A stretch of DNA of 64,000 nucleotides from Basidiobolus meristosporus CBS 931.73 (taxonomy: Eukaryota > Fungi > Basidiobolomycota). The translations under genes and the position numbers were made by a program. Where the stretch lies: NCBI GenBank assembly GCA_002104905.1, contig MCFE01000167.1, forward strand, positions 1 to 64,000. The letters run 5' to 3'. How positions within the stretch are numbered: the stretch's first letter is position 1; every line of letters begins with the position of its first letter. Of this stretch, positions 50,370 to 63,905 are shown piece by piece. The notes below the pieces were generated by a model. It searched no databases, was not told where the DNA came from, and saw only the letters and a list, made by a program, of their open reading frames with translations.

Positions 50370-50991
50370 ATTAAGTTTCTCTTACATTTGAGACAGATTC
50401 CCTATAATCAAACACCTTGCAGAGTTAAACATCATCTGTGACACAAGTAAAGCAATTTAATTCATTTTGCAACTAACTAATTTGTTGCATGCTGGCACCT
50501 TGTCCAATCACTGCAATTAGGGATTTACTTGCTCAGTAGGCAATATCCAACATTTGACAACAACCCATTTAGCTTGTGCATCAGTCAATGAACCAATTGT
50601 GGGCTCACAGCATGAGGATATTTTAGACAAATCCTTCACTTCCGTTTATCCAATTTGGGTGATGATTGCCAAAATTGTAGATATCAGTGTAGTTTATAGT
50701 GTGATAAGCACTTATCTCTATTTTACAAAAGAAAAATATATATATGCCAGATTTTACCTACTATAACAGCAGCATCCAATTGAGCACCCATTGCAAATAT
50801 TGCAAGTTGGTGCAATCATCCATGCCAACATCATTGAGTCAGATTATCCCATAGTGTGCACAATTGTACCACATAGTGCCAAACTGTCCAAGAGTAACAA
50901 TATCAACTGGTAGCTACAGTGTTGCATCTGATTCTTCTTGATAACCATGAATTGAAATGCTTGCCCTGACGGAGCACAGTGGTTCAAGTCT
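50370..50991. repeat. Inverted Harbinger left-end fragment
   Basis: The reverse complement matches 24051-24680; it ends AAGTCT|AAT. Confidence 0.7.
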
Positions 50992-51016
50992 AATGGATAA
51001 CTCAGCTACCTACTAC

Positions 51017-51384
51017 TGTTACAAATCTTGTTACAAGAGTTGTAGAGGAATAGGGAGTTTAGCCAGTGTTATTTTCACTGACAGCTGAACTAATTTTTAT
51101 TGAGGTTCCAGCAGCTGCTTGTATACATATTGCCAGATGAATTGCTGACTAATTGCATTTCCTAATGTGTGCTATTGCTGGTAACTCATTGGTTGCATCA
51201 TCTTCACTCAATTAGATCTTACTTAATGCTTCTATTTCTGTATGATAAGAATCTGCTGATTTACCTGCTAACTAATACTACTGATTTAATAGATAACATG
51301 GATACACATATAGGCTAAACATAAAAGTTATGGATTTGACTAAAAACTGATCTTACTTCAACATTCAAGCATTAGATCAGAACA
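51017..51384. mobile_element. Gypsy family solo LTR
   Basis: TGTTACAA...AGAACA, colinear with 41675-42042; no clean TSD. Confidence 0.8.
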
Positions 51385-51479
51385 CCTCAGATGCACTTTG
51401 ACTCAATTGCTTTGGTTGAAGTTATGCATCATGCAATTCAATGTGACAATTGGCTATGCCAAACGTTGGTGGTGCAGTC

Positions 51480-52330
51480 TTGACCAAGAAGAGGTTTAAT
51501 TCCAAGGCTTTCTTATCATCTCATAAGGAACCACAAGGATCTCAAGATAGTGAAGCAATCCAGTTCTGGAAAACTCCCTTTTCCATAAAAGAAGTGCAGT
51601 CCTAACTTGAATTTGCTAACTGCTACCATAGATGTATTACTTACTACTCTAAGAGTGTCACTCTGTTGACAAAACTCACCTAGAAGAACAAGCAAACAGC
51701 TTGAGTTCTGTAATTTCATCAAGAAACCCTTCTTGTGTACCCCTCTGCTTGACCATCCTGACCTTGAGTAACTTTTATCCATAAAAACTAATGCTCCTGA
51801 CTCTGACCTTGGTACTATCCTCTCCAGGTATGATGTTAAGAGTGCACCACACTTAATGCATTCTACAGTTGGAAATTTAACCCAGCAGGATTCTACTACA
51901 ATATAAACAACAAGGGACATCTTACAATCACTGTAGTCTCTGAACAGTGGACCTACCACCTTGACATTGTAGCCCAAAGGATAGAGCTCTTCTGTGACCA
52001 CAAGAACCTTAAAAACTTCACCAAATCAACAGTGCATAACCAGAAGTAAGCCTGATGGACCCTCTTCCCACCCATCTTTGAGATTGTCACTACTTAAAGA
52101 CCAGGTGTCAAGAAAGGAAAACCTGATGACCAACTCAGAGGAAAAAAGTACTCACTTGAACACAAGGATTCTACCTGTTGGCAAATATAGAACCTTGAAC
52201 TAAACAATAACACTTTGAGCTCCCTGCTACCCAGTCTTTCAGTATTTTTCTCACTTGCTCCTTGATCAAATAATGACCAACTAAGCTACCAACTCCTCAG
52301 CCTCAACAATCAAGATGCATGAAGTCTTCC
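51480..52330 (+). pseudogene. RT/RNase H remnant of a different Ty3/gypsy (Tf2/chromovirus-like) family
   Basis: PLLDHPDLE*LLSIKTNAPDSDLGTILS and IELFCDHKNLK match degenerate RNase H motifs. Confidence 0.6.
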
Positions 52331-52599
52331 ACTAATCTACCACCCAAGTTGCCAAGCCTCCAGCACCTACATCTAGCTAATGCAAACATCTATTATAAGC
52401 ACCAGTTGTGTGTACCAGACCTTGCTTATGTTATGATCTGCCACTTGAATCTTCAAGTTAAATTAGAATTTGGTAAATCAACCAGTTTTGTTATATCCCC
52501 TAAGTATAAAAGTTTTATCAATCATATCATTACTGTTAGTCAGCAGATGAAACAACAGATTCTTATGAGAGAAATAGCTGTATTAAGTGGGATCTGATT

Positions 52600-53030
52600 G
52601 GGTGATGGCAAGACATTCAAATGAGTCATCTGCTATAACCTACATTAGGAAATACAAATGGTCAGCAATTGATCTGGTAACAATGTTCAAAACAAAATGC
52701 TGGGGCCTCAGCAAAGATCAGTTCCAGTGTTGGTGAGTATAATATAACTTAGCTTCATATTTCTCTACAACTCATCCAACAAGATTTGTAACATTGGTAG
52801 CAGCAATAACCCAAAACCTCCTTCCTTAAGAAATACAAAGCCTCACTCAAGGTGTCAGATGATCAACAGTAGAAGAATGCTATTTGGCAAATCTTGGTCC
52901 AGCAGCAACAGTTACTCCAGATACTCAGCCAGCAGCAGCAAGGAATGACTATTATGGCCCATAACTAGCAAAACCTTGACAAGAGCAGCTTTTGTGTGAA
53001 GGCCAACCAGTACCAAGGGTAGAGTCAATA
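52600..53030 (+). mobile_element. Gypsy LTR end + PBS + gag start fragment
   Basis: GATTTGTAACA followed by TGGTAGCAGC and a Q-rich gag N-terminus homologous to 41500-41670. Confidence 0.7.
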
Positions 53031-53089
53031 AAAACATGTTAACTTAGCACTTTCAGGTTGAAGGCACCTTTGAACCACCCCACCTGCAG

Positions 53090-56000
53090 ACTGTTGAGAC
53101 ATTGGACTATGTGGTATCATTCAGCAGCAAAAAATATAAATAACAATTATGGACTATTCTTGGTTACTGTAGGACTAACCTACAGCTCTAACATTGCTAC
53201 TTTCTTCAGATCCATGATCCTGTGATTATACCCCTATGGTCAAGATCAAATTAGTACTTTTAACAAACATTATGTACTAACCCTGAAACTGTTAATCGAA
53301 GCTCCTGAGTGTTGGGAAGCTCTCCATACTTGGCATTACAGTTGTATTTCTGCTACAAAGGTAGAAATACCAAGCTTCCTAATGAATAAAAACAGTTCAA
53401 CTATTATCACTATTTCTTGATAAGTTCCTTGTGTCCAAATAACTTCTTGAATTGCAACAGGTTATAAGCCCAATTGCCTCAATCTACTCTAAGGTTGAGA
53501 TCTACCAGCAAATAGAGCAATACAAACCTCTTTCCTGTAATGCAAAGGTTTAATGGGAAGAACTACAGACTTTGGAGAATTGAGATGCACATCCACCTTG
53601 AGGCAAGTAAGCTTTAGAGTAGAGCAGCCAAAAGAGAAGTTTAGATCCAAGGAACAGCAGAAGAAGTGTAGAAGTTTCAAGAGAAGGAGTTAAAAACCTG
53701 TAATGCCATATGTATCAATGGGCAAAATTTGTTCATTGTACAAATTCATGCTACAAATGTTGTGAAAGTAGTATGGGAATCCTTGCACAAGATATTTGGA
53801 GCAAATTCAATAACAAGTAAGCTTTAGTTAAAGCAAAAGCTGTTTAATATGAGGAAGAAGCTAGATGATGATGTGCAGCAACTCATCACCTGAATGGAGA
53901 CATCTGCAGAAGAACTTCACAGTATTAATGATGATGTAAATAATGAAGAAAAGAAACTCTGTCTGCTTTGCAGCTTACCTAGTGAGTATGAGCCACTCAC
54001 ACTTTATTTTGAACGCACAAATGTCACTCTGACTTTGGACTATTTCACAGTAATACTTCTTTATGAAGTATCAGGTGTAATGATTAAGCAGAGAAAATCA
54101 TTGATAATGCTTTATTCAGCTCAGAAAGGCACACAGAAAACAAGGGAAAGTAACAATAACAAAGAAAACCTGGTTGTTATAATTATTGTAAGAAGTCAGG
54201 TTACTGGGCTATAGAATGCAAGAAGAAACAAGCTGATGAAAAACAGAAACTAGAGCAGGCATACTTTACTACTACTAATGAGCATATATTTGTAAATATA
54301 CAGACTATGCAAGTAACCAAAGTAATGAATAGTTTATTGACTTTGGAGCATCACAGCATATTTGCAATACAAAGGAGTAGTTCAGCAACTCAAAGACTAC
54401 TCCTGTAAGAAAGGCTTATCTGGGAAGCATCTCTGCACTGGAAGCTGTAGCCAGTGGGTCTATGCAGCTAAATATAAGTGGTATCTTAAAAGCAATAACA
54501 GTAAGTTTGACTGACATCCTATATGTGCCTGGAATAGCTAAGAGCCTACTCTCAGTAGTAAAGCAAATACTCAGGGACAAATATTTGTTTTTACAAAGCT
54601 GAGCTGCTGAAAATTAAGTCAAATTGCACAAAAACTAGCTTTGGGAAACAGAGATCCAAAATATGCAAGTAACAATGCAAGATCACAGTACCTGAGTATG
54701 TCTACATTGCTGAATCTTATAGGACCAACTGGGAGATGAGGCTTAGGAGTCTAGGAACCACTGAGGAGCAGAAGATGAGCTAATTGGTCAAAAATCTACT
54801 TGTTTTGGCCTAATTTACTCATTTCCAATCAAATTGCATGGCTGTAAGGGATATTTATAAGACAAACAAGCTAGACAATGTTTCAGGTGCTCAGGAGGTA
54901 TTAACAATACCAAAATATTAGACATTGTGCACTCAGATATATGTGGGCTCATGATAACACTCTCCTTTGGAGCCAAGAGATACTTGATGATGTATGGATA
55001 TACTTCCTCAAGACAAAGGATGAGGCCCCAGTGACATTTAAGTGTTCAAAGTCTTGGTACAAAGGTTGTAGATGAATACGGAGTTTAGCAAGTAATACAT
55101 TCACCAAACTTGAACTGATTTTTTTTGAGGTTTCAGCAGCTTCTTATATACATTTGTGTCAGTGTTACAAGTCTTGGCATAAGAGTTGTAGAAGAATAGG
55201 GAGTTTAGCTGGTATTGTATTCACTAAAACTTGAACTGATCATTATTGAGGTTCCAGCAGCTCCTTGTATACATTATGTCAGATCAATTGCTGACTAATG
55301 GTGTTCCTAATGTAGGTTGTGGCTGATTACTCATTTGATTGCATCATCATCACCCTATAGGATCCCACTTAATATATCTACTTCTGTCTGACAAGGATCT
55401 GCTGATTAATTTGCTGACTAATTCTACTGCTTTCATAGATAATACTGATATACTGACAACCTAAACATATACTCATTGATTTGACTAAAAACTGATCCAA
55501 CTTAAACATTCAAGCAGCAGATCATAGCATTCTCCCCTGATAAAGTTTGAGAGGGTTCTCCTGAGTCTCTTTTCTTGTGATACCAATACCTTGATAGTTC
55601 AGTATTATCAGCAAGTCTTGCAAGCTTGAGTCTGTCCCTATGCACTAAGTCTTCCCAGATATTGCCTTGTTTGTCCACCAGTTGGTAAGTTGCAAATGGA
55701 CATTCTTGGATGATCTTTAATGGTCCTGTCCATTGTGGCTCAAACTTCTTCCAAGTGTTGTTTCTTAGCAATACAAAGTTCCCAACTGTCAATGCTTCTG
55801 GTGCTATAGTCTTATCAAATCTCTGCTTCAACTTTTCAGCACTTTGAGATACATTGGCCTGTGCCTCCTGACATCTTTGTTCCAGTTGCTGGTGTCTACT
55901 TGGCTGACTGAGTTCATCTTCTAAGGTGTCTGTAAGCTTTGGTTGTGTGAGATCTCCTGGAATCCTTGGTTCACATCCATACACCAAGTAAAATGGTGAT

Positions 56001-59000
56001 TACTGGGTGGTGTTGTGTACTCTGACTCTGCATGCAAAGAATGCTTGGTCTGTATACGCATCCCATCTACTGACAACTCCATATGCATACTTGATCAGCA
56101 TTTTCCAAAAAATCCATTAAACCGCTCAGTGACTCCATAAGTTCAGGGGTGATATGCCAAGGTTTTCAAGTGTCCAATCTGCTGCATTTCCAGGTAAGCC
56201 TCCAATGTCTTTGCCATAAAGCTTGCTCTTCTATCATATAGAATCTCTACAGAGCATTCAAACTTCATAAGGATCTCATGGTAGATGAAACTTGCAACTT
56301 TCTGTTCACTGGCTATAGGTACAGCTTTAGCCACTGGCCTTTTTGTTGCATGGTCAATTGCTACTAGGATCCATTGGTTGCATTTCCTGGTAGTTGGCAG
56401 TCTTCCAATGAAGTAAATTCCCCATCTTTCAAGTGGTCTTACAGGCTCCAAGTGAAAGAGTTTGGCAATTCTCTGTGATTGGCTTTGGTTGATTTGGCAT
56501 TTTGGGCATGTTTTCACTAGCATCTCAATGTCATGTTTCATTCTGGGCCACCATGCTCTGGCTCTCACAAGACTAAAGGTTCCTTCAATTCTAAGATGAC
56601 CATGTCCATTGTGTATCTTATGTATTGAATGCAGGCAAGAAACATAAGGGCAATAGGCAATAGGGCTTCCATCAACAATTTGGTAGAGTGTTTCATCCTG
56701 TACTACAAATTTACTGGCTTCATCACGGATTATCTTCTTGATATCTTCATCCACCTCATGAGGAATGGCTGGGTCCTCCAAGTGCTTTGGAAATAGGCTA
56801 GGCCAATCTGATTCATGCACCAAGTTGAGTTGTGCAACTTGTTTTAATCTTGATAAGGCATCAGCAACCGTGTTGTTTTTTCCAGGGCAGTAGACAATCT
56901 CCAAGTCCAATTGCTGAATGTATTCACTCCATCTTGTCATTCTTTGAGAGAGTACCTTCTGAGTAGATATATACTTGAGGGAGGCATGATCAGTCTTCAC
57001 AGTGCATTAGACTCCTTCAATATAGCATCTCCATGTCTTCAAACAGTGTATTATAGCAAGCATCTCCTTCTCATGGACTGGATAGTTTTGTTCTGCTGAG
57101 TTCAGTTTCTTGGATTCAAAGGCAACAGGGTGGTCCTTTCCCTTGTGTTCTTGGCTCAGCACTCCACCAATTGCATAATCTGAAGCATCTGTGCACAAGG
57201 TGAGCTCTTTTCTGAAGTTGGGTATTATTAAGCTTGGCAGCTTAGCAAGTTCATTCTTGAGCATCTGGAAGGCAGTCTCACAAGCTATGTCCCACTTGTA
57301 GGTATTGTCTTTCTTGAGGATATCAGTTAAAGGGGCTGCAATACTTGCACACAACTTGACAAATCTCCAATAACAGGAAACCATTTCAAGGAATGATCTG
57401 AGCTCTGATATGCTATGGGGCTGCTTCAGATTCTTGATTACTTCCACCTTCTTAGGGTCTAAGGTTACTCCTATGCAAGTCACTATGTGTCCCAGATACT
57501 CAACATGCTCCTTGAAGAATTCACACTTGGGTAGCTTGTCATAAAGCTTGTTCTTTCTTAGCTTCTTCAAGTCCTCTTCTGTCTTACTGTATATCAGTAT
57601 ATCAGCTAGGTAGATTATGACAAACTTGTCTAAGTACTCCTGAAAGACAGTCTGCATCAGGGTCATGAAAGTTGCAGGGGCATTGGTGAGGCCAAAACTC
57701 ATGACTAAGTACCTGTAATATCCATATCTGGTCCTGAATGCTGTCTTAGGGATGTCATCTGGCTTTATCCTAACCTGGTGGTATCCTGACATGAGGTCAA
57801 TCTTGCTGAAAATAGTGGCTCCATTGAGTTGGCCCAAGAGCTCATCAATCCAAGGTATGGGGTACTTATTCTTCACAGTAACTGAGTTGAGGGCTCTGTA
57901 GTCAGTGTACATCCTAAGTGTTCCATCTGTCTCCTTCACAAAAAGTACTGGTGCTCCCCAAGGTGACTTACTGGGTCTGATATATCCATGCTCTAGTATC
58001 CAACCTATTTGTCTCTTCATCTCTTCCAACTCCAATAGACTCATTCTGTAAGTTGTCTTACTCACTGGAGGGCTATCTCCTGTTTCAATGGCATGATCCA
58101 CATCTTGGACTGGTGGTAGGCTTACAAGGTCTTCTGGAAATACATCTGAATACTCCTTCAGAAGAGTCTGGACCTTCTGGGGTACTGGAGTCAAGGAATC
58201 CTCCTGTAATACTGCCATGAGGAACATCTGGGTGCCTTTTCTTTGTGCTCTACAGAACTGTGTCTTGCTAAGCTCACTTGTCTCACACACACAGGAATTG
58301 ACCAAGCTGAAATCCAGTCTGGCAGGGAATAGCTCATAGGTCTTGTTGTCCTTCTGGATCTGAGTAGTATGGGTTCTCCAGTTGATTGATGGATTACAAC
58401 AAAATAGCCAGGTTTTCCCAAGTACAAGGTCAAACTTGCAGTTCCTGTGTATATAGGCCTGTAGATCTTCTTCAAAGTCATTGATCTTCATCCTTACTGG
58501 CTGAGTAATACAGTTGATTATGTGAAAGCTCCCATCAGCTGTTGAGACTGAAGTTGATTTGGTAGGTTCTGAGTTGATTCCAGCTTTCAGAGCAAATTGC
58601 TCTGACATGTACTCATGCAATGCTCCTGAGTCAATCATGATCTTGGCAGGTACTCCATTGATTACTCCATTCAAGTATAATAGCTTTCATGAGTTTGAGG
58701 TCATCTGGCATAGATATTCTTCTGTCATGTGGAAGGTGAGATCTGAGTCTTCTTCAAGTTCATCCTCCATTTTACTATGCTCCATGGCCTCAGTATGGTT
58801 AAAGGTTCTTGATGGCTGGTGTCCATTTCTTCTCTGAGGGCAGTACTTTGCAACATGTGCTTGCTGGTGGCAATTGAAGCAAATTCCTTTCTTCTTACAT
58901 TCTTCTGAGATAGGATTCTTCTGCATAGCATCTATTTCCATTGGCACTGCTTCTGATTGTCTTCTTTCATAGTGATTGTAGCCTCTCTGATTAGTCATTG

Positions 59001-61030
59001 TGGGCTTCCCAACTCCAAACATAGCTGAGTCATAGTCAATGGCAATCTTGATGGCTTCTGCAATGGTCTGAGGTCTTTGATAATTCACTTCCTTATGAGT
59101 TCTTTCTTTCAAACCATCAATAAAGTATTCAACCTGATCCAGAGGGTTTATTCTTTCAATTTGCCCCAGTAGACATCTGTACTCATAGATGTATTCTTGA
59201 ACCATTGCTTTCTGTCGGAGTGTCTTTAACATCCTTCTTAATAGTGTCTGCTGATGTTGAGGTTTAAAAGCATCCTGAATTTCTAGCACAAACTCAACCC
59301 AGGTAGAGATTGTAGAGCATCCTATCATAGTGGCTGACCTGATCTTGTTGTGGTACCACTGTAAAGCTGCATCTGCCAGGTAAGAAGCTGCATATTGCAA
59401 CTTGCTTTCTAGAGCAATTCCTTTGGCTTTAAAAGCTTCTTCAATCTGAAAGAGCCAAGTTTCAAGTTTTCATTGACTCTGCCATGGTACCTTCACACTA
59501 AAGTTGCTCTTGACAGGGCTTTGCTGGCTCTGCGCCATGGTAGTCAATCCTTGCTGCTGTTGGCTGAGGATCTGGAGTAACTGTTGCTGTTGGGCCAGGA
59601 TTTGCTGCATAGCATACTTCCATTCTTGATTTTCCACATCTTGAGGGAGGCTTCTTCTTTCTTCAGGAGGGAGGTTTCTGGTTGTTGCTGCTACCAGTGT
59701 TACAAGTCTTGGTATAAGAGTTGTGAAAGAATAAGGAGTTTAGCTAGTATTGTATTCACCAAAACTTAACTGATCCTTATTGAGGTTCCAGCAGCTCCTC
59801 ATATACATTTTGTCAGATCAGTTGCTGACTAATTGTATTTCCTAATGTAGGTTGTGGCTGATGACTCATTTGATTGCATCATCATCATCCAATAAGATCC
59901 TACTTAATATATCTATTTCTCTCTGATAAGAATCTGCTGATTCATTTGCTGATTTATGCTACTGATTTGATAGATAATACTGATATACTGATAAGCTAAG
60001 CATATAACTAATTGATTTGACTAAAAACTGATCTATCTTAAGCATTCAAGCTGTAGATCATAACATAGGCATTTTAAGTAAATGGCAGAAACATAAACTG
60101 GGTGTAAATTGAAGGTACTTTGAAATTGGTGGGGAATACTGCCTAAAGTTGCTTGCAAAATGCTGCTTACCTACTGGTATACTACACCAACCAATGTTCC
60201 TCATACTTCACAGCAATATGGAGTTACACAACATGCAAACAGAGCCATAGTCAAGATGGGCAGATCAATGCTACATGATAAGAGAAGGGAGTACAGGTTT
60301 TGGGCTGAGCCTGTTGCTACAGCAATATCCATAATGAATAGATGCTCAGCAACAGCACTATGTGACCTTACACCCTTTGAAGTATACACGCACAAAAAAA
60401 CCAAACTTCTAGCACCTCAGGATCTTTGGCAGCAGTGTTTTTGTCATATCCCTTACAAAAAGCGCTCCAGGTTTGAACCAATGAGTAGAAAAGGAAACTT
60501 TCTTGGGTGTTGCAAGAATGCTTAAGGATATAGGGAGTACAATATTAAAGTTCAGAAGCTGATCAAGGGCAGGGATTCTGTATTTGAGGAGAATATAGAT
60601 TGGAAGCCACTGTAATCATTGGCCAGCTGCCTGATTATAGATTTAGCTACTGAAGATAATGCATACCTAAATCAATCAGATACAGAAGATAATTCTACCA
60701 GTTCCAGATCAGAACTGATATCCCAGGTAGAACATCTACCAGAAAAAGAAATGCCCCTGGATCCTGGTGGCAGACATCCAATGATCATGAAGAAGTTTAT
60801 CTTGCATTATGTGCTAAACATTGGAATTTAACACAGGCAATGCAAAACCCAGATGCCACAATGTGGCAACAAGCCATGCAGGGTGAGTACCAATCACTCC
60901 TCAGGGGACAAACATGGGAACTGGTATGTTTACCACATGTGAGTTAGCCACAGGGATGCAGATGGGACTGCATTACCATGGCAAGCTCAAACAGTACCAT
61001 TGATAAGTACAAGCCTAGATTGATGGAAAA
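53090..61030 (+). mobile_element. Ty1/copia family 2 remnant split by the gypsy insertion at 55043-60065
   Basis: LTR end 53459, PBS GGTTATAAGCCC, gag, PR and IN to 55042; resumes at 60066 with QQYGVTQHANRAIVKMGRSMLHD and the RT start. Confidence 0.75.
55043..60065 (-). mobile_element. Ty3/gypsy copy 2, near full length, preceded by an older LTR stub
   Basis: LTRs 55163-55529 and 59698-60065; PPT CAGGGGAGAA; PBS TGGTAGCAGC; gag-PR-RT-RH-IN with a GP(F/Y)-like module and no chromodomain; RT motif mutated to YLAD. LTR stub 55043-55162; outer flanks TAAG/TAGG. Confidence 0.95.
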
Positions 61031-61428
61031 GGTTATTTTCAGATCTAGCAACCTTATGGCAAAGACACTAGAAGCATACCTGGAAATGCAGCACATCAGA
61101 CACTTGAAAACCTTGTCATATCATCCTAGAACTAATGGAGTCTTTGAGTAATTTAATGGATTATTTGGGAAAATGTTGACCAAGTATGCAAATGGAGCTG
61201 TCAATAGATGGGATGAGTATATAGGCCAAGCACTTTTTGCTTGCAGTGTTAGAGTGCACAACACCACCTTACAATCACCATCTCACTTAGAGTATTGGTA
61301 TGTACCAAGGATTCCAGGAAATCTTGCATAGCCAATTCTTTAAGATGCCTTAGAAGATGAGCTCAGCCAGCCAAGTAGACACCAGCAACTAGAATAACGA
61401 CTTCAAGAAGCATAGGCCAAAGTATCTT
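61030..61428 (+). pseudogene. Gypsy integrase C-terminal fragment
   Basis: Homologous to 55850-56230 in the opposite orientation. Confidence 0.75.
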
Positions 61429-62011
61429 TGTTATAAGTCTTGATATACAAGTTGTAGAGGAATAGGGAATTTAACTGGTATCACACTCACTAAAACTTGT
61501 ACTGACTTTTATTGGGGGACAAGCAGAACCTTGTCTATATTTTGCCAGGTCAATTGCTGGCCAATTGTATTTCCTAATATAGGTTGTGACTGATGACTCA
61601 TTTGACTGCATCATCATCACCCAATGAGATGCTACATAATAGACTTGTTCCATTGTGCCTTTGATCATAGTGCCAGAAAGTGCTGTATATTTTGTTATTA
61701 ATTTGATATTTTAGGGTCATATGCATGTCAATTTTGATCTCAAATTGGCACTGTATGGCACCATCTGGCACTCTGTGGCATGATCAGGCACCATCTGGCA
61801 TGCTATGGCACTATTGGGCACCATGATCAGCTGGAACAATGGAACAAGTCTAATATATCTATTCCTGTCTGATAAGGATCTGCTGATTCATATGTTGACT
61901 AATACTACTGATTTGATAGACAACACTGACATACTGATAGGCTAAACATATAACTAATTGATTTAACTAAAACCTGATCTAACTTGAACATTCAAGCAAT
62001 AGAGCATAACA
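61429..62011. mobile_element. Gypsy solo LTR interrupted by a mini-MITE
   Basis: TGTTATAAG...GCATAACA, colinear with the other LTRs once 61641-61851 is removed. Confidence 0.8.
61641..61851. mobile_element. 211-bp Harbinger mini-MITE
   Basis: 16-bp perfect TIR AGACTTGTTCCATTGT with an AAT TSD; the empty site TAATATATC is seen in sister LTRs. Confidence 0.9.
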
Positions 62012-62256
62012 AAATATTAACCCTCAAGTAAATCCTGTACAAAGCACCTATAATGCCAGGTAGTACCAGTGGACCAAGATGGGGCCATGCATTTTTTTGA
62101 TATTATACAAGCTGCAGGAGCTAGATTAGTACCATGGGTATTGAGTATAAGATAGACAGCATCTGTTCTTCTGTGCTCTTACACATCCTGCACAGCATTC
62201 ATCCCAAAAAAAGGCCAAAAATGGAACTTTTTCCATCACAATACTTAGAACACAGG
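62012..62256. repeat. Partial fold-back MITE (spacer and part of one arm)
   Basis: Matches 20853-21100. Confidence 0.65.
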
Positions 62257-63149
62257 TCAACTTTTGTGGTGTAGAGGTACTCCTGGGAGAAGCTACACAA
62301 CGCAAGGGGTGTGAGGTGTCTGATGGGTGCAATAACCTCTGTGTCTCAACTGCTGGTGTCTTTGTCAATATGTAACTATGGCAAAAGCTCATGCTTCTCT
62401 AGCTTTCTAGGTGCTCCAAGTGTCTCCAAAGGCCTCTGTGTGTCTTGTGCACTACCCTGAAAAGCTCCTTGATGGCAGGTCTGAGATGTACTGTTGAAGG
62501 CAGGTGCAGTGATTAACTGCTAATCAATAAGGGAGATGTGTTACTGATGAAAGGGATGATTTATTAATGAGGGATTTCTTTCCCTCAAATACTTTTCTTG
62601 ATTGTCAAGTGATTACTAATGACAAGGTTCTAGAAGATTCTAGGCATCAATGGAATTCTTGATGACACTGTTATGAGTTAAAAATATGCCAAGAATATCC
62701 TGGAAGGCTCTAAAAGGCACAACACATCCAACCAATCAGGGATTGGTAGTCTGAAACCTGTGCAACATAGAAATATCATATATGGTATTGAAATGGTATG
62801 GACAGTAACACATACCTAGGTCATGTGTCACTGGTACTGACACAGGTACTTGCCTTATGTAGATACGTATACTGATTGCAATGCAGAATAACATCTGGGA
62901 TAACTAATGCTAATAACTAATTGGGGTAAACATTGTATGGGGATAATACTGATAATATGGGTAAAAGAAGAATGGGATAATACTGATAAGAGAAACTATG
63001 GATAGGTATATCATAATGGCTATATGAATAAACTTGTCTGTGGGAGGTATGTTTACCCCACCACACCACTATGCCTCTCCAGCACACAATGGGACTACTT
63101 TGCACTCATGGCTTGATGTGGCACTATCCAACAAAACAAGACTAATGGG

Positions 63150-63905
63150 CATGAAGATCAATGTGATTTGCAAACTGTCACTATATAATGCATGATTTGT
63201 ATTTGATTATATTGTTATGGATCAGATCACACTAGTCACTGATTTCCTAGTTGATTATAGACTTGCAAATGATTCATCAATAAACTTGCCAAGTCAATTT
63301 TTGCAGGTAATATATGCTACATTATGATACAGTACGTGGCAATTGATGGAGATTTATTCATAATACATGGAAAATTGGAAATATTGAGCTGATTATGCCA
63401 AATCAGTTCATCTTATTCCACGGCAATTATTTACAGACCTTGATACCGCATGCCCATCTGCACAGACTTTTCATATCCATCCCATTACTACCACTGAATT
63501 TTCTTTTGATACATTGAAGGAGGTCTATACCCAGTGCAGTGGACCATCCACTGCAGTCTTTGCATGGATATCTTTTGCTCAGCTTCCCTGCTCCTACTAG
63601 AAGTATTGCAATACAAGGCTTCATCCCATTATATGTGGTGACAAAATTACTGGAAGATTCTAATCCCAGCTGAAAGTAAGAAGAATCACCTTGCAGAGGG
63701 AATTAGCAAATTCTAACAGGCTTGGAATACTAGGTTAAGAAGCTCCAATAGACTTCCATTTCCCTGAGTGCTCAGTAAGGGGTTTTATATCAGGAGTATT
63801 TTGGATGCCTTCCCAATGAGAATTAACAGACCTTCCAGATGGTAGTGACACCATTATTCTAGCAAATATAAGGCACACTGTGTGAAGTTTAAAGCAGTGT
63901 CTGTA
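63150..63905 (+). pseudogene. Harbinger copy D, transposase N-terminal remnant
   Basis: Colinear with 26090-26835. Confidence 0.75.

Noticed and set aside
61747-61820. Periodic repeat as a CRISPR-like array
   Set aside because: 4-bp motif with 6-bp gaps inside a eukaryotic MITE; no cas genes.
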